Positions 1 through 12,627 of a stretch of 64,000 nt of DNA are shown piece by piece. The position numbers and the translations under genes are program-made. The notes beneath the pieces were generated by a model that was given only the letters and a program-made list of their open reading frames with translations, was not told the DNA's origin and made no database searches. Location: positions 1-64,000 of the forward strand of contig NMRA01000305.1 in assembly GCA_002633005.1 (NCBI GenBank). Direction: 5' to 3'. Every line of letters starts with the position of its first letter. Positions within the stretch are counted from its first letter, which is position 1. The stretch is from Phoronis australis (Eukaryota; Animalia; Phoronida).

Positions 1-189
1 TCGTTTGGAGTTAGCATTATCGACGTTTGTCATGCCTTGCGAGAAAAAACTCCTGCCATTTACAAAGAAGCCATACACACCCTCCTGTTTCTAGGATTGC
101 AATGCCGGTCGGATGACGCAAAAAGCCGGCCACAAAACATGCTGCCAATGATAAAGAAGATTGAGGGAGTTTCAAAGATGATCACCTGA
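1..189 (+). CDS. 3' end of a protein kinase-like domain (subdomains IX-XI), partial, 5' end outside the window
   Basis: Frame 1 is open from base 1 to TGA at 187-189: SFGVSIIDVCHALREKTPAIYKEAIHTLLFLGLQCRSDDAKSRPQNMLPMIKKIEGVSKMIT*. SFGV fits subdomain IX (DVYSFGV) and L..C..DD...RP..M fits subdomain XI. Confidence 0.65.
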   Translation, partial: SFGVSIIDVCHALREKTPAIYKEAIHTLLFLGLQCRSDDAKSRPQNMLPMIKKIEGVSKMIT

Positions 190-539
190 AGAAGGTCAAA
201 GGTCGAGGCTGTGATTGGAAAGTGTGATGGATGTCATGAACCGTCACTGCCGTTTTGAGGAGTGAATGAGAGAATGGACTCATATCTCTATTATTTTCAA
301 ATTTTATTCGTTAAAATTTATTCAAATGGAATATTTTTGTTTTAAACGTTCTCTTATTCTTAAATATTGAGTTTAATCAAGTGGAAAATTTTCAACAATG
401 CAACGTAATAGGCGTCGTCATCATTGCCACCGTTTCCAATCGTTCTCGTTATCACAGAGCAACTGTGTGGAGTTATAACTCCACTACACGTCATGAGGGG
501 CTGGCTTTCACAAACAGAAAATTAAATCTGCGTAAAAGG

Positions 540-698
540 CAGTGTTGTAGTGGGGCGTAGGCGCATGTAGGCGCAGCCAACCACTTTTTGGCATTTGAAC
601 GTAGTGCCTACACACTGTAAGTCACGTTCACTGCTCATGGTTTATACGGTGGGCTTTGGGCGCCTACTCTTACCTCTAATTTTACCACTGCAGCACTG
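540..698. mobile_element. hAT-type MITE (159 bp)
   Basis: TIRs CAGTGTTGTAGTGG / CCACTGCAGCACTG, flanked by a perfect 8-bp target site duplication GTAAAAGG (532-539 and 699-706). Confidence 0.85.
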
Positions 699-1152
699 GT
701 AAAAGGATTGTTTTTAGACATGTATGTTAAAACATGCATGTTTAATTCGAACTGTCAAATTGAATGTCCGTTTATGTGGGTCACGATATTGTTGAAACAA
801 TCGAAACTGAAGCAATCGCGGTTGCAGTCCAAAGCTCTGCTAGCGAAGCTGAATCAAAGTCCGCCATTGAATTCAGCGAATGTTTGGAAGACAGCGACAA
901 GAATTGGCGCCTTGTTGTACATTCACACAAACACACTTCTGGACTGGATTGCATAAAACTTCAAAATTATCCGCTGGATAAGTATGATTGTTGCATGACG
1001 TCAGGTGCACGAGAAAGGTTAGAATTTCCGGGTTGTGGTTACCATTGCCAAATTATTAGCGTGAGTAGTGAAGGAAACGCATATGCTGAAACCAGTGTTA
1101 AAAACCATAATGATGAGCCAGAAAAAGGAATTACACTGAAGATCAAAAGAAC

Positions 1153-1313
1153 CAGTGGCAGATTTAGAGGTTTTCCAAGGATGCCATAGCCCTTCCCCCC
1201 TTAAATTCTTTCAATTTCTATTTGGCAGTTCGGATCAGTGCGAATGTCTGACGGGCAAAATCCTGACCTAAAACTTTGGTCTCCCCCAACTCAAAATCCT
1301 GTATCTGCCCCTG
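1153..1313. mobile_element. MITE, CAG(T/G)GGCGGAT-type termini; second copy at 35448-35607
   Basis: Imperfect TIRs CAGTGGCAGATTTAG / CCTGTATCTGCCCCTG. Internal blocks (gcgaatgtctgac, caaaatcctg, caactcaaaatcctg) are shared with 35448-35607. Confidence 0.75.
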
Positions 1314-1919
1314 CATTACGGGGAATGGTCGTCTTGACGACCGCTATATAGATTCCGTCTTCCGACCATGATGGGAAGTGCCAGATGTCATTTCATGTAA
1401 TTGTCACCCAAAAAACTATTTTCTACACATCTAAACAATTTTCAGCAGACGACATTGGTATATGAAAATCAAGCAGACGTAAACTGGTTAAAAGATAAGA
1501 TGCCGTGGCAGATTAGTCCGAAAAACATTTAGACCCAAGGCACGGACATACGATTGTCATATAATATAAGCGGAGCGTCAGAGACCGAATTTGCTTATTA
1601 TTTCTGACTTTTTACGTGTAGAGAGTTAACATAGACGTATTGCGAAAACATTGGTTCGTGATACTTCATTGTAGGCCTACATTTGTGGGTAAGATATATG
1701 TATACCGGTTAAGGGCGTATGCAAACACAGACGACTTAGGCGGCCTGACGAAACAAAAACGCGATTCTATGAATAAGGTCAGATACAGAAGTTCAGGCTG
1801 ATCAAACACAAGTTATTGAAACAGAAGACAAGCCCTCAGGTCTCGGAAATTAACGAGTGCAGACTTTACGACGGATGTGTGAACTCAACCACAAAGTACG
1901 AGAAGGCAAACACTGGGAA

Positions 1920-2070
1920 TTTACAGGGCCATTACCGTTTTTCACTGCCGAAGACACATTTTGGGATTCATAAGATATGTTTTTTAATATTATTATCCTT
2001 GACCAGAGCTATAAAACAGAAAATTCCGTTGTGGTTTTGTGATTTCATTGCAAATCGCCAATTCTCGTCT
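1920..2070. repeat. Dispersed repeat (probable Kolobok-like element end) shared with 38482-38640
   Basis: Collinear blocks 'agggccattaccgtttt...cattttgggatt...gaccagagctataaa...tttgtgattt...caaatcgccaatt' recur at ~38485-38636, where the copy starts TTAAAGGG. Confidence 0.55.
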
Positions 2071-4357
2071 TTATCTTCGAGACTTTCGCTAAAATCAAGG
2101 CTGGTGACTACATGTACATCCAAGCGCACCGCATTTATTGAATGAGTACAATTTAGCTCAGCCAGCAGAGCGTTTGGCTCGACACGAGAAGTTCAGGTTT
2201 CATTCCACGATGGCGGTATTTTCGGAGAATGAGTTTTCTTGCCGACCACGCCATTTTAAATGAAGCATTCACCTACAATATAAGCAACAGACACAATCAG
2301 AGTTAATTCCAAGGTGCGTATGAATTGCAAATTACGAAGACAGCTACATGTACAGAGATAGCCACGAAACTGGTTGGGAGGTTCAGTGGCCAAAGCCTGA
2401 TTTGAACACTGCCCTTGGGTGATCCAAGAGCAGCACATGCCGGAATGTTTCGTACGCTTGTTCAGTGTACATGTTACGTGGTTCGGAGTGGCGTTTTACG
2501 TTTCTTGCTAAAAAGAGAAACAAATTTAATCAAACCAAATTCGGCATGCCATCGTTTTAAAATAAATACTAGGGTAAAAAGTCGGATGTGAGAAGTCCTT
2601 ATCTCACATTGTATCTGTGAAATAAAAATCCAACCAATATGTATGACATTTTCACACAATTATAAAAATATTTAAAGCCCTTTTTGAAGAGCAATTGAGA
2701 AAACGAGCAGCTTTTATGGTTGTTAAAATACAATCGTGGAGTAAGAAGTTTTTTTGCCATTTCGATTTAAAAAAATAAAACTTTAAACTTAGTTTTCACT
2801 CGATGTTTTGCAAATTTTTATTAAGGCGTAGTTCACTAGACGTTCCAGTGCTTTACAATTAGCTTAATGACAACTCGCCAAATTCGACCTAGGGAAAATC
2901 CCAGGTCGCCAAATAAAAACTAAGGGAGCCAAAACATCGTACCGTTTTCGTCTCCGCCACATTCCATTTTCCCGTAAATATGGACCATCCAATCTCTAAC
3001 TCAATTCCTTTTACCTGCCGAGAACGCAGCCGATCGGAATCACCGGAGGCGCACGATTCATGGTACAACCTTGTCCGATTTTTTGCCGAACAATTCCGAC
3101 TTCCATCTGTTTATTTCCTGTTGTAATTTAAGCACGTGTTACATATGTGCTGGCTGTGGGTCGCAAATGCACTTATTTCAGGAAATAAACGAACAGTTCT
3201 GAACCAAAGGTATTAAATCTAAAAAATGTGATAAACATAAATTTTGGAAGTCACCAAAAATTTTCAACGAATTTCGGTGAATTATCATTTGACTTTGTTG
3301 CTCGTTGTGGCGACTTCGTGGCCACTTACCGGCATTTTTCCAAGGCCGCCAAGCACAATCTGAAATTGAATTTGCTAGCTGCAGATCGCCAAATCGATCA
3401 CGGTTTTACATTTTGATTAATAATTACTTTACCGTGTATAATTCATATTACATGACGGAAACTGGAATTTAATTTTTAGCTACAGTACATTCACGCGACT
3501 ATAATCTTTAAACTTTTCAGCTAATCGTTTCAGCGAAAACGTTTTCATCGAACCTTTTCATCGGACAATGTAGACTTCAAAATAAACAAGACTGGGACTT
3601 CAATATTACATACACAATCTGATCATGCAATTTCAAAGTCTTTATTATATAATATTTATGCTGTTTGAGACTATTTGTTTTTCTGTGATCGCGTTGGAAT
3701 GTTGTTTACCGTAACAATGAGTCACTCGTTGACCAATTGGGGTCGCTGAAGTCATAACACCACCATTGCGATTATTGACTTCATTTTGAGTGTTTCTGTT
3801 TACAGTAATTTATTTTGCATGTTCCGACAAGTAAAAGTAGTGCAGAGACGACAGTACGTTGGAAATTATAAATACTTTCATATTCGAAGCAATGAAATAA
3901 GCATCGTAATACTTAAAGTACTGTTCCAGAAATTTCACTGGGAAATAACAGTAGATAGTGGATTTGTTATCATTGGTAAAGTGGTTCTTCTTTATGTCAC
4001 TGTTGGATAACACAGTTACCGCAAGTCCGTATCATCATATGTATAATAATTCGATAAAGAGGCTCGTGTGAACACTGCATCTGATTAAAAGCAGGTCATT
4101 TCCGGGGTCCCGGCTCATTTTGATTTTGATTGGATCTCAAATTTTTAACGCAATTCACTTCGCTATGGGTTTTATTTCTTTAAACATACGTATCACGATT
4201 TTGCAAGCGATTTTCCATCGTCCCCGACCCCCGTGAGAGGCATGTCCAAAAAAACTGGAGAAAAAAGCCATGGACAGGGGAGAATGTCACGTGATGCAAA
4301 GAGCATACGTTGTCACAACTTATGGAGCTATAGAAACAAGCGAAATTCACGATAGTT

Positions 4358-4500
4358 TATGAAGGAAGTACCACAGGGGGCTGGGGGACTATAGCTCCCC
4401 ACTTTTTTCAGTAGTACGCCGCTCATGATCTATGGGCGGTGCACCATAGGGGAATGGGGGGCTATAGCCCCCCTCTTTTTTCATTGCAGAGCCGCCTATG
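4358..4500. repeat. Two tandem copies of a ~70-bp GC-rich mini-element
   Basis: 'ca(c/t)agggg..tggggg(a/g)ctatagc(t/c)ccc..tttttt..gccgc..atg' occurs twice. A reverse-oriented relative lies at ~25805-25853. Confidence 0.55.
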
Positions 4501-4559
4501 CCAGTACTCGATCATTGTAGATCTGGGTGGAGCTCTGATACTGTCTCACGAATAGAAAA

Positions 4560-4663
4560 AGCTAGCCAAAATAACGTGTTCTCATTTAAAATACATGACA
4601 AAATTTTACTTAATCTCGCGAAGTCTTGCTTTTTAGCGGGGTCCTAGCGTAACTGAACTCTAC
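4560..4663 (-). repeat. Dispersed ~130-bp palindromic MITE family, copy 1
   Basis: Reverse complement of 'gctaggacc.cgctaaaaagcaagacttcgcgagatta...tttaaatgagaacacgt', also found at ~19700, ~28630 and ~36705. Confidence 0.75.
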
Positions 4664-7639
4664 CCGGCTTTCACACATGGTCTAAAATTTGTAGGTTAGA
4701 TAAAATGCTGAGGTATTGCTTGAAATGTAATGCTTCATACCGACAGCAATATACCTGCAAAATAGACTCTACTTTTGTGACCGTCGCAAGGTTTAATAAA
4801 CACTCGAAACTGGCCATTCTGTGAAAGGAGGGGCGTAACGTCATATTACCTGACCAACATTCAATACAACAGAGTCTTGTGACTCAAAAATGTTTCACCT
4901 AATTGCTTGCTTCTTAAGATTATCTCTTAAAGAAATCAGTGTTTAACTTCCGTTTAGATCTACTATGAAGACACTTGTAGGCCTACTTACATGTACATAT
5001 ACGTGCAAAAAGTAATGTCGATTCGCTGTAGATTGATGACTTGTTAAAACTTGCTCTCAATGTCCACCGTTTTGTTGCAAGTAGGCCTACACGTACGTGG
5101 CGTAAAATTTGTGTTCATGTAATCTCAGAGAACAGTGTTTTCGGGGTGTGCGTCCTAATTATGTGTTACAGAGAGCTTGCACGCCTCAAAATGCATAGAT
5201 TGAGCACTGGCAACAATATGGCGTCGCGTGAGCCGTGTGCTTTCACGTCTGATCTCTGTCTACATGTATAAATATACTGATGTGACACTTAAGGGAGACT
5301 TGCAAATGGGAACGTGGCGTTTGGTCACGTGGGGCCGGATACCAGTGACCTCTAGAGGACGAGGAGATCATGCTTTATAACTTTTGTTTAAAACACACCA
5401 CATCTAATCACAGACATTGTAAAAGGACCTCTTCAGGAATTCAAAGTCTTCCCTTATTCCATCCTCTGGGAAGACAAAGTAATTCCTGGTACAGCTAAGT
5501 GTCAATATGCGTCACGAGACCCGCGTGATCAGCCCTCATTGATCCCTGAAAATCCCCTATTGGCTAAGGTAGAGATTTGGATTAGTCACCAAGCAGCCGA
5601 AGATGCGACAATGCAATATCAACACATTCCGCTCATTTAGACTTGTTTGATTTTTGTTTGTGGGTTTATTTGACAGCCATATGTTAAAAATCCAAAGCGT
5701 GCTAGACGAACTGAACAGGAAAATCATAGCTGAAGAAACGTGGAACATACAACATACGCCTCTACGAACGTAGTCGAGCAGCCGACAACTTTACACGGTG
5801 TCTGCGAGTCAGCTTGCAGCAAAACGGTGGGTACTTGGAGCAGATCTTGAACTAGCAATAAAGCGTCAATAAATCATTTTTTTGTATTTTGGTAGAAATG
5901 GCGTCCACTCACAGTACTTTCGTTTTAACTTTGTAGGAATTTCTTGCGAACGTGAGTATTCAGAACTCATGCGAGGATTGTTAGAATCGACAGAAGTTAG
6001 TGTTTTGGACAAAAGCACTTAAATTAAAGAAAAATTCCTGCCCACATACATAATACTTATATGAGAAGCAAAAACGTAGGTAACATTTTGGCCCACCTTG
6101 CTCCGGCATTAATCATCACCATGCGTAGTGGTTATATACAGGTGAATCCTGGTATTGCAGAATGTAACGTCTGAGGTTATTTTAACATTATTGTTGTGAA
6201 CACGAAACTACAACGAACTAGTTTTGGCACAATCGTACTAAAACAAAACCAACCAGCGTGGCGCCCAACTGGATGCTTGAAGTCCAAAGACTTCTTGAAG
6301 ACACTGTTTTAAAGATCGGTACAAACAACACCATAAACGTGGGCTCAGTTTACGATCTGCCTTTCTAAAACATCTCCTAACAAATTTTGATATTTAAATT
6401 GTACTACTTTGAAATTTTTTGTTCTGCATGGTGGTCCCATGAAGTTACATGTACTGGCAGGGCTGGATTTTGGCGAATCCTGTTACTAAAAGGCAAATTA
6501 AACGGATTTTAGCCTTATACTTCTAAACAAATCCTGATCTTGGATCATGATACAAAATTCCAAATCCGCATAGTGCATCTCCTTTCATTCTCAAGTAATA
6601 ATCGCTGATCAAATTTTCAGGAGAATGGGCTGATTTTTCAATGTTCAGAAAATGCAAGGACACAAGGCTTTGGAGCTTTTCATTATCCTTTGTTTCGCTA
6701 TACCATCACCCAAGTCGGATCCAGAAACTTAAACTCAAAGTACAAACTATAAAATTTCCTAATTAATTCATTCGACTAAGTTTGGTTGCGTTCGCTACGA
6801 AATCACCAACCATGACTAAGAACTTAATGAAGGGAAACTCATCGATCATCCTCAGTCGATGTTAGCCTCGCCAAGTCGGCGGCACAATTCTGGCACCGTA
6901 GCTATTCTGGTCAGCTGTCAACTGGCTATGACCACGTCTGAGGAATCTGAGAAAATGCGCAAGCTATTTGATGTGTGTACATGTACGTGTAAGTCGTAGA
7001 TATTGACTGGACATAACGGAACAACTGCATCCGTAGTCAATCTTTATATTTTTTACCCTCACGGCTTTTCTTAATGCATAAGTTTCTCTACTTTTTTTTG
7101 ACAAATTATTTTTATTGTATTTCATAGTTTATCATCGTACCCAAGGATACGCCCAATGTATATCGAAGTCACAAAAATAATTCAGAATGTCGGGTAGTTT
7201 CAATAGGAGTGAATGAAATCTGAAATGTTCGTGTAAGTTACCGTCAGAAAGAAACTTTATTTTTTATTAGTTTTAGTGTGGAAAAGACGCAGTAAGCTCT
7301 TTGCGGAGATATTATTAAGGTAAGCACTTCACACCCAAATGCGGTTCACATTCTACTATTAGTATCACTACTGATCACATTTGTTTTTGGCCAATATGAG
7401 TACGAACTTTAAAATCAGCGCACAACATTGTATTAATCGACGTTTTGGTTTATTGTCTCTAAACCATTCTAGAGACAAACGTTCACAATAGTCCTATCAG
7501 GTTCCAGAGGTGGAGAACAGATTGTAATAGGTACACGTCAAAATACATTGTGAGGGGAGAAACCAGAAATCAAAACAGTTGGAGCTCAAACAGAAACATT
7601 GATGCATAATATTATGATACTAGTTTTAATGCTAATAAT

Positions 7640-7726
7640 AGTAAATGATAGATAAGCATAATGATAATGATAATGACAATGATAATGATAATAATAACAA
7701 AAATCATTATCATTATTATTATTATA
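7640..7726. repeat. Imperfect (ATA/ATG)n-(ATT)n microsatellite
   Basis: atgataatgataatgacaatgataatgataataataac...attatcattattattattata. Confidence 0.8.
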
Positions 7727-8439
7727 TACAGTGTAAGTAGGACTTTATGCACGTGTACACGTGATTATAGTAATAGTAAGGTAATGACGAAGGCGATGGC
7801 AACAATAATTTTAGAGATTGCAGTAATTATTGATATTTTTTATAGTTATTACTTTTGAAGTTACTGTTGCTATTACCAGTACTAATCATAAGGGTGACCA
7901 TAATAACAACTGCTTTTTAATTTTGTAGAATAGAATTGCCTAATTTTATTCGATTATTTTTTTATTTTAAACAAGAACGCTGACGATAACCTGCTACAAA
8001 CTCTTTTGTGAGACCTACTAGTATGCGATAATCTGTCAATCGTAATTTTAACGTTTCGTACGTTTTGCGTGGTGTCTAATCAACATTGAGACAATTATCG
8101 TTTTTGTTATTTAGCTCACTAGACAACAAAATAATGACACTGGGAATTAAGACTGACTAAACTAATTAACTCTAAAATATTAAATAACATGTTCTATAAC
8201 ACTGTGAACAAATTTCAATAATTACGTCATATCTCACGAAAGATTACAACCAGCTGATGCACAGTTCAAAACTCAGTGTGGTACATTGACATAACCTGCG
8301 CGTCAAGCTGGACAAGCAGGTCACGGGGACATTCAGAGTCCGTGCAAAAGCAAGAATCTAATGAATATCTTGAATGCCTCAACCTGCAGCAATCTCCGAC
8401 GATGATCTGCCCACCAATAAGACCACTCATCTTAACCAT

Positions 8440-8610
8440 TGCTAGGCGACACTTGGGAACACCTAATATATCAAGAATTGTCGGCATTTTAGAGGCAGGA
8501 ATGAGTCAAAACCACGTTGTCAATCATAACGTGAATCAAACCGTAGTGGACAGTGAGAAGCGGTTGCCCAACAAAAACTACACCTAGAAATGACGAACTG
8601 CAACTCCTGG
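8440..8610 (+). pseudogene. Tc1/mariner transposase relic (N-terminal HTH region), frameshifted
   Basis: RIVGILEAGMSQNHV..NVNQTVV in one frame and RSGCPTKTTPRND in another resemble the Tc1-like pattern IGMLEAGMSQ..VA...RSGRPRKTTP..D. No DDE domain follows. Confidence 0.6.
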
Positions 8611-9899
8611 ATGCCAATTGTGTCCTGGAATCATTTAACGTAAGGCGGGTCCAGGGAAGAAATCCAGGGAGCCAGGACTCCCTTTCTAACCAATGCAACA
8701 GAATCCTTGAGAAAATATACGAAGGCTGTTTTTTCTTTTCCAGAGACTACTGAATGTAGAGATCATGGCACTAAATTTCAATAACAGTTTTCTACTAATT
8801 GTTTGTGATATAGAATCCTCATCATAAACGCGGAGTTTTACACAGACCCCTACTTTTGTAAAAACTGTATCCGTTTTTGTTTAGTCAACGCTTATCACCA
8901 CTGCAGTTACACCTATCAAACAAGTATTTTTAGTTTCATTCGCTTATAGGCCCAAATGCAGGTAGTACAACGTAAGAATAACAGTAAAAATTTTGCTCAG
9001 TAATCATTTTTGAAACATACAATTTCCTTTTATTTGCACTAATCTTAATTAGACATGTAAGTTATCGTTTGCTGACCTGAACCAGAATCTAACCTCCCCT
9101 CTCTGACTGACTAATTGCTATCAAATTTTCTGAGTGAAAAAAATGGTTTATCATCATTCAACTTCAGTATCCACTAGTCACAATATCAGGATTTGAAAAT
9201 GAGGCCTAAAGGGACGTCGTTTCTTCGCTGTTTGTTGAAGTCGTAACGGAAGCCCTTCGGGGTTATATGCATAACTACGCTCACCTGATATAGAAATGTT
9301 TGCCAATTCAGCCTGCAACTCAAATCACAGGCAATACGTGCATGCGCCATTTTGGAATTTGCAACTTTAGGGTTGGAGAACCCCAATAAATTCTGGTATG
9401 TTTTCTTGAATCGCTGTTTGATCCGGTGATCTTAGAATCTTATTACGATACAGAATATCATAAGGGTGATTCGGTTTCCGTTTTTAGAAAACTAAACAGG
9501 CCCAATTCTAAACTGAAATTCGAAAAATTACATATTATTCAAAGTATATCATTTGGCAATAAATTTTGACCTAGTAGCTGATTTGCATTAAAATTCGTTG
9601 TTTGTGTTTTGACCACAGTAACGCTCACACAAAATCTTTAACAGCCTTATCTAATGTTGTGAACTGTTAAGTTTCCGTCATAATCTGTAAAAAATATTTA
9701 TTGTTTAATACAATCCTAAATTCAGTATTAGCACTAGTGCGCTGTAGGATTTGCATCAGCTAAAAGGCGAAGCATAACTCTCAGCTTCCTGCGGTGACCG
9801 GATTATTATACATGTATTATTTATAAACATTGATAGCTGACCTTGAGCAACCTCGTCAAAATATATGGTGATGCCAAGTCGGACCATTCTGATATCAAC

Positions 9900-11108
9900 A
9901 TGTCAAGCTTTTTGGACGTGTTTTCTAAGCTGTCTCCACTAAAGGTTTCATGTGATGACGACTTTTACGACCGATTGAGCCACCGTTACACAATAGGAGT
10001 GTTGGTGATATCTATGATTATCGTAGGCACCAAGCAATACGTTGGGGTCCCAATAACATGCTGGCACCCAGGAACATTCACGTCGAGTCATGCGCATTAC
10101 GCCGACCATATTTGCTGGATATCAAATACGTATTACCTGAGTCCGGGAGAAGGAATTCCCGACGTTCTGATCACGAGACAGGAGCGAGAGATCGCGTACT
10201 ACCAGTGGGTCCCCTTCATACTCGCCTGCATGGCTACGTTATATTATGCGCCCCGCGTCCTCTGGCGGCTGTTTTGTCAAGGACTTGGGATGAATATTGA
10301 CGGCGTGGTGCGAAACGTCACCCAGACGGAAAACATAAATCCAGAATCAAGAGACAAAGCTTTGAAATTTATTGTCCACCACTTGGATAGATATTTACAT
10401 CACCAGAGGGAGCTTCATAGCACGTCATGCCAACGATTCCAACAATTTTTGGCAGATAAGTTTTGTCTATTTTGCAGCAAAAGATATGGAAATCGAATAA
10501 CTGTCACCTATCTTGGAATAAAACTGTTGTTTATTGCTAACGCATTGGGACAAATGTTCCTGCTAAACAGATTTATGGCAACTGATTACGCCCTCTATGG
10601 CTTTGAAGTCATGTCCAAGTTAGTCAGTGGCGAAGATTGGCGAGAATCCCATCGTTTTCCGCGAGTTACAATGTGTGATTTTTCTGTTAGATGGCTTGGT
10701 GGCATTCACAACATTCATCGATATACCATCCAGTGCACATTGCCTATCAATCTTTTCAACGAGAAAATATTTATATTTCTCTGGTTCTGGATGGCACTGG
10801 TTCTGTTGGCCAGTGTTTGTGGACTTTTGCCCTGGGTTTGCGTCGTATTTGCGAAAACAAGGATGAGATATGTGACACGTCATCTGAAGAACTATGACCA
10901 GACAAAGAATGAACAAGATAAGAAATTAGTTAAGGCGTTCACAGAAAAATACCTCCGACTTGATGGACTGTTTGCATTGCGAATTATAGGCAAAAATACC
11001 AACGACATCATCATGTCGGAGCTTATTAATTCACTTTGGCAACACTTCAAAACATGCCGCCAAAGTTATCACCCTCAACGGACATTTCGTAACAACGCCG
11101 TCGTGTAA
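9900..11108 (+). CDS. inx: Innexin (invertebrate gap-junction protein), intronless CDS, 402 aa
   Basis: ATG at 9900, in frame with the 9843 ORF. Innexin hallmarks: DDDFYDRLSHRYT, KQYVG.PITCW.P, ICWISNTYY, YYQWVPFIL, FPRVTMCDF, QCTLPINLFNEKIFIFLWFW, YLRLDGLF.LR. Four hydrophobic segments and two Cys per extracellular loop. Confidence 0.96.
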   Translation: MSSFLDVFSKLSPLKVSCDDDFYDRLSHRYTIGVLVISMIIVGTKQYVGVPITCWHPGTFTSSHAHYADHICWISNTYYLSPGEGIPDVLITRQEREIAYYQWVPFILACMATLYYAPRVLWRLFCQGLGMNIDGVVRNVTQTENINPESRDKALKFIVHHLDRYLHHQRELHSTSCQRFQQFLADKFCLFCSKRYGNRITVTYLGIKLLFIANALGQMFLLNRFMATDYALYGFEVMSKLVSGEDWRESHRFPRVTMCDFSVRWLGGIHNIHRYTIQCTLPINLFNEKIFIFLWFWMALVLLASVCGLLPWVCVVFAKTRMRYVTRHLKNYDQTKNEQDKKLVKAFTEKYLRLDGLFALRIIGKNTNDIIMSELINSLWQHFKTCRQSYHPQRTFRNNAVV

Positions 11109-12358
11109 CAATCGATCTTCTTCACTATGCATTCAGAATGCTGTGTATTTTATCAAAAGTGGCGCCGTCATTAAACCTCATATTTCAAAATAATATTCAT
11201 TTTGTAGTTTTACAATTGAGCAACATTAGCCATAATCTTTAAGGCTAACACATTAAAATATTTAGGTTTTTTGAAAAAATACTGTTTGCTTTTTCCTGAG
11301 GTGAGCGCTAAGATGTTTTAGGCAAACTTCAACTACCATAAAATTCAAATCAGGCTGTTTATACGCTGCTAATACCTTAGATGGGGAGTTTAACTTCGTT
11401 TTTACCAATTATTTTTGTATCAACTAAGCCAACTTCAAATTTTCACCTTTGGTAATGTTGAAATAACGCATCGAGTCATTCTGCTATATGAGGAAATATC
11501 CAAGTGTCAAATAATTTATTTCAAAGTTTTAAAAACTCGAAATGACAATGAAACTGCTTTTGAGATAACAGGCTCATTGACACATTTACATTTTGTCATA
11601 TCGAAATTATTTGAGTCTGTATAATATTATTATTTGTTTGCGAAAACGACAAAATTTTCACACACGTATAGGCGCTAAAATTACTCATACACCGTAAAGA
11701 TGCATCACGAACAATAGCAGCGAGTCCCCAAAATCAGCCCCTGAGGTCAACTCTCCTGAGAAACTGATTGATTCTCTCAAACCAATTTAATCAATCTCCA
11801 CATAATCATGAGAGCATTTAGAAGTCACATTCAACTGCCGGAGCGGCGTGTCGCGTAATTATTAGAAAATCAGGGTTGGTAAAATAAAAAAAACATCGTG
11901 CTGTATACAAAACACCCTGTTTTAGCATTCTATGAGCACAAAGAGTGTTAAGCTTGAACGGAAAAGTAGCCGTTTATAATTTTACCTTTTGTAAACGTGC
12001 ATAAAGTAACGTAAACGGCCTAGCCAACATTCTGTGTCTTGGCATTGTATTCACTTCCACTGGGCGGCTATAGTCGGATATGTCGTGCCCGTGTTTTGAA
12101 AACCAGTTTGATATCTGTTAGTCAGTGGAGAAAACTGGTTATCAAAATTCGGGCACGTTATATCCGACTATTAACCAGTAAACGATCACAAATGATGAAC
12201 ACAGATAGTGTTCAATCGTGACAGCGAGTGGTACATAACAAACGGTAGCGTTCTCCTAAAGTACTCATAACACGTGTTTATGCAATGGTAGAGAATTTTT
12301 TTACCCATCAACTACTGACGAGTAGACAAAAGATAGTTTATATTCGACGTAAGTCTTA

Positions 12359-12627
12359 CCGTAAACTCGCCGGTTAACGCCCTGGGCGCTTAAATTGGGA
12401 AACTGATGTACGGGGGTGGGCGATTACCTAAGCAGTGGGTGCTTAAAATGAACAATTAGCCAAAAGTCGGGGATGGGTGATTATCCAAGATGTGGGCTCT
12501 TAGGGGAAGTTTGCACAAAGTAGAGGATGAGCAATTATTCAAGCAGTGGACGCTTAAACTGTAACATTGACGAAAAGTCGGGGATGGGCGATTACCTGGG
12601 CATGGGGGTTAACCCGCGAGTTAACGC
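12359..12627. mobile_element. Tc1/mariner-type MITE with internal ~55-bp tandem units
   Basis: Starts TA|CCGTAAACTCGC..GTTAAC and ends GTTAACCCGCGAGTTAACG. Internal repeats of 'aaaagtcggggatggg(t/c)gatta' and 'aagcagtgg..gcttaaa'. Confidence 0.6.

Noticed and set aside
5760-5957. Possible 5' non-coding exon of the innexin (donor-like C|GTGAGT at ~5952, short uORF)
   Set aside because: Only a donor-like hexamer and a weak acceptor near 9836 support it, which is not enough without transcripts.
7661-7858. Ile/Met-rich 65-aa ORF
   Set aside because: It is the translation of an (ATA/ATG/ATT)n microsatellite.
9843-9899. 19-aa N-terminal extension of the innexin in the ORF track
   Set aside because: It begins at TTG, a prokaryotic-style start. 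The ATG at 9900 gives a typical innexin N-terminus.
10058-10916. Overlapping alternative-frame and antisense ORFs within the innexin
   Set aside because: These are shadows of the coding sequence with no recognisable motifs.
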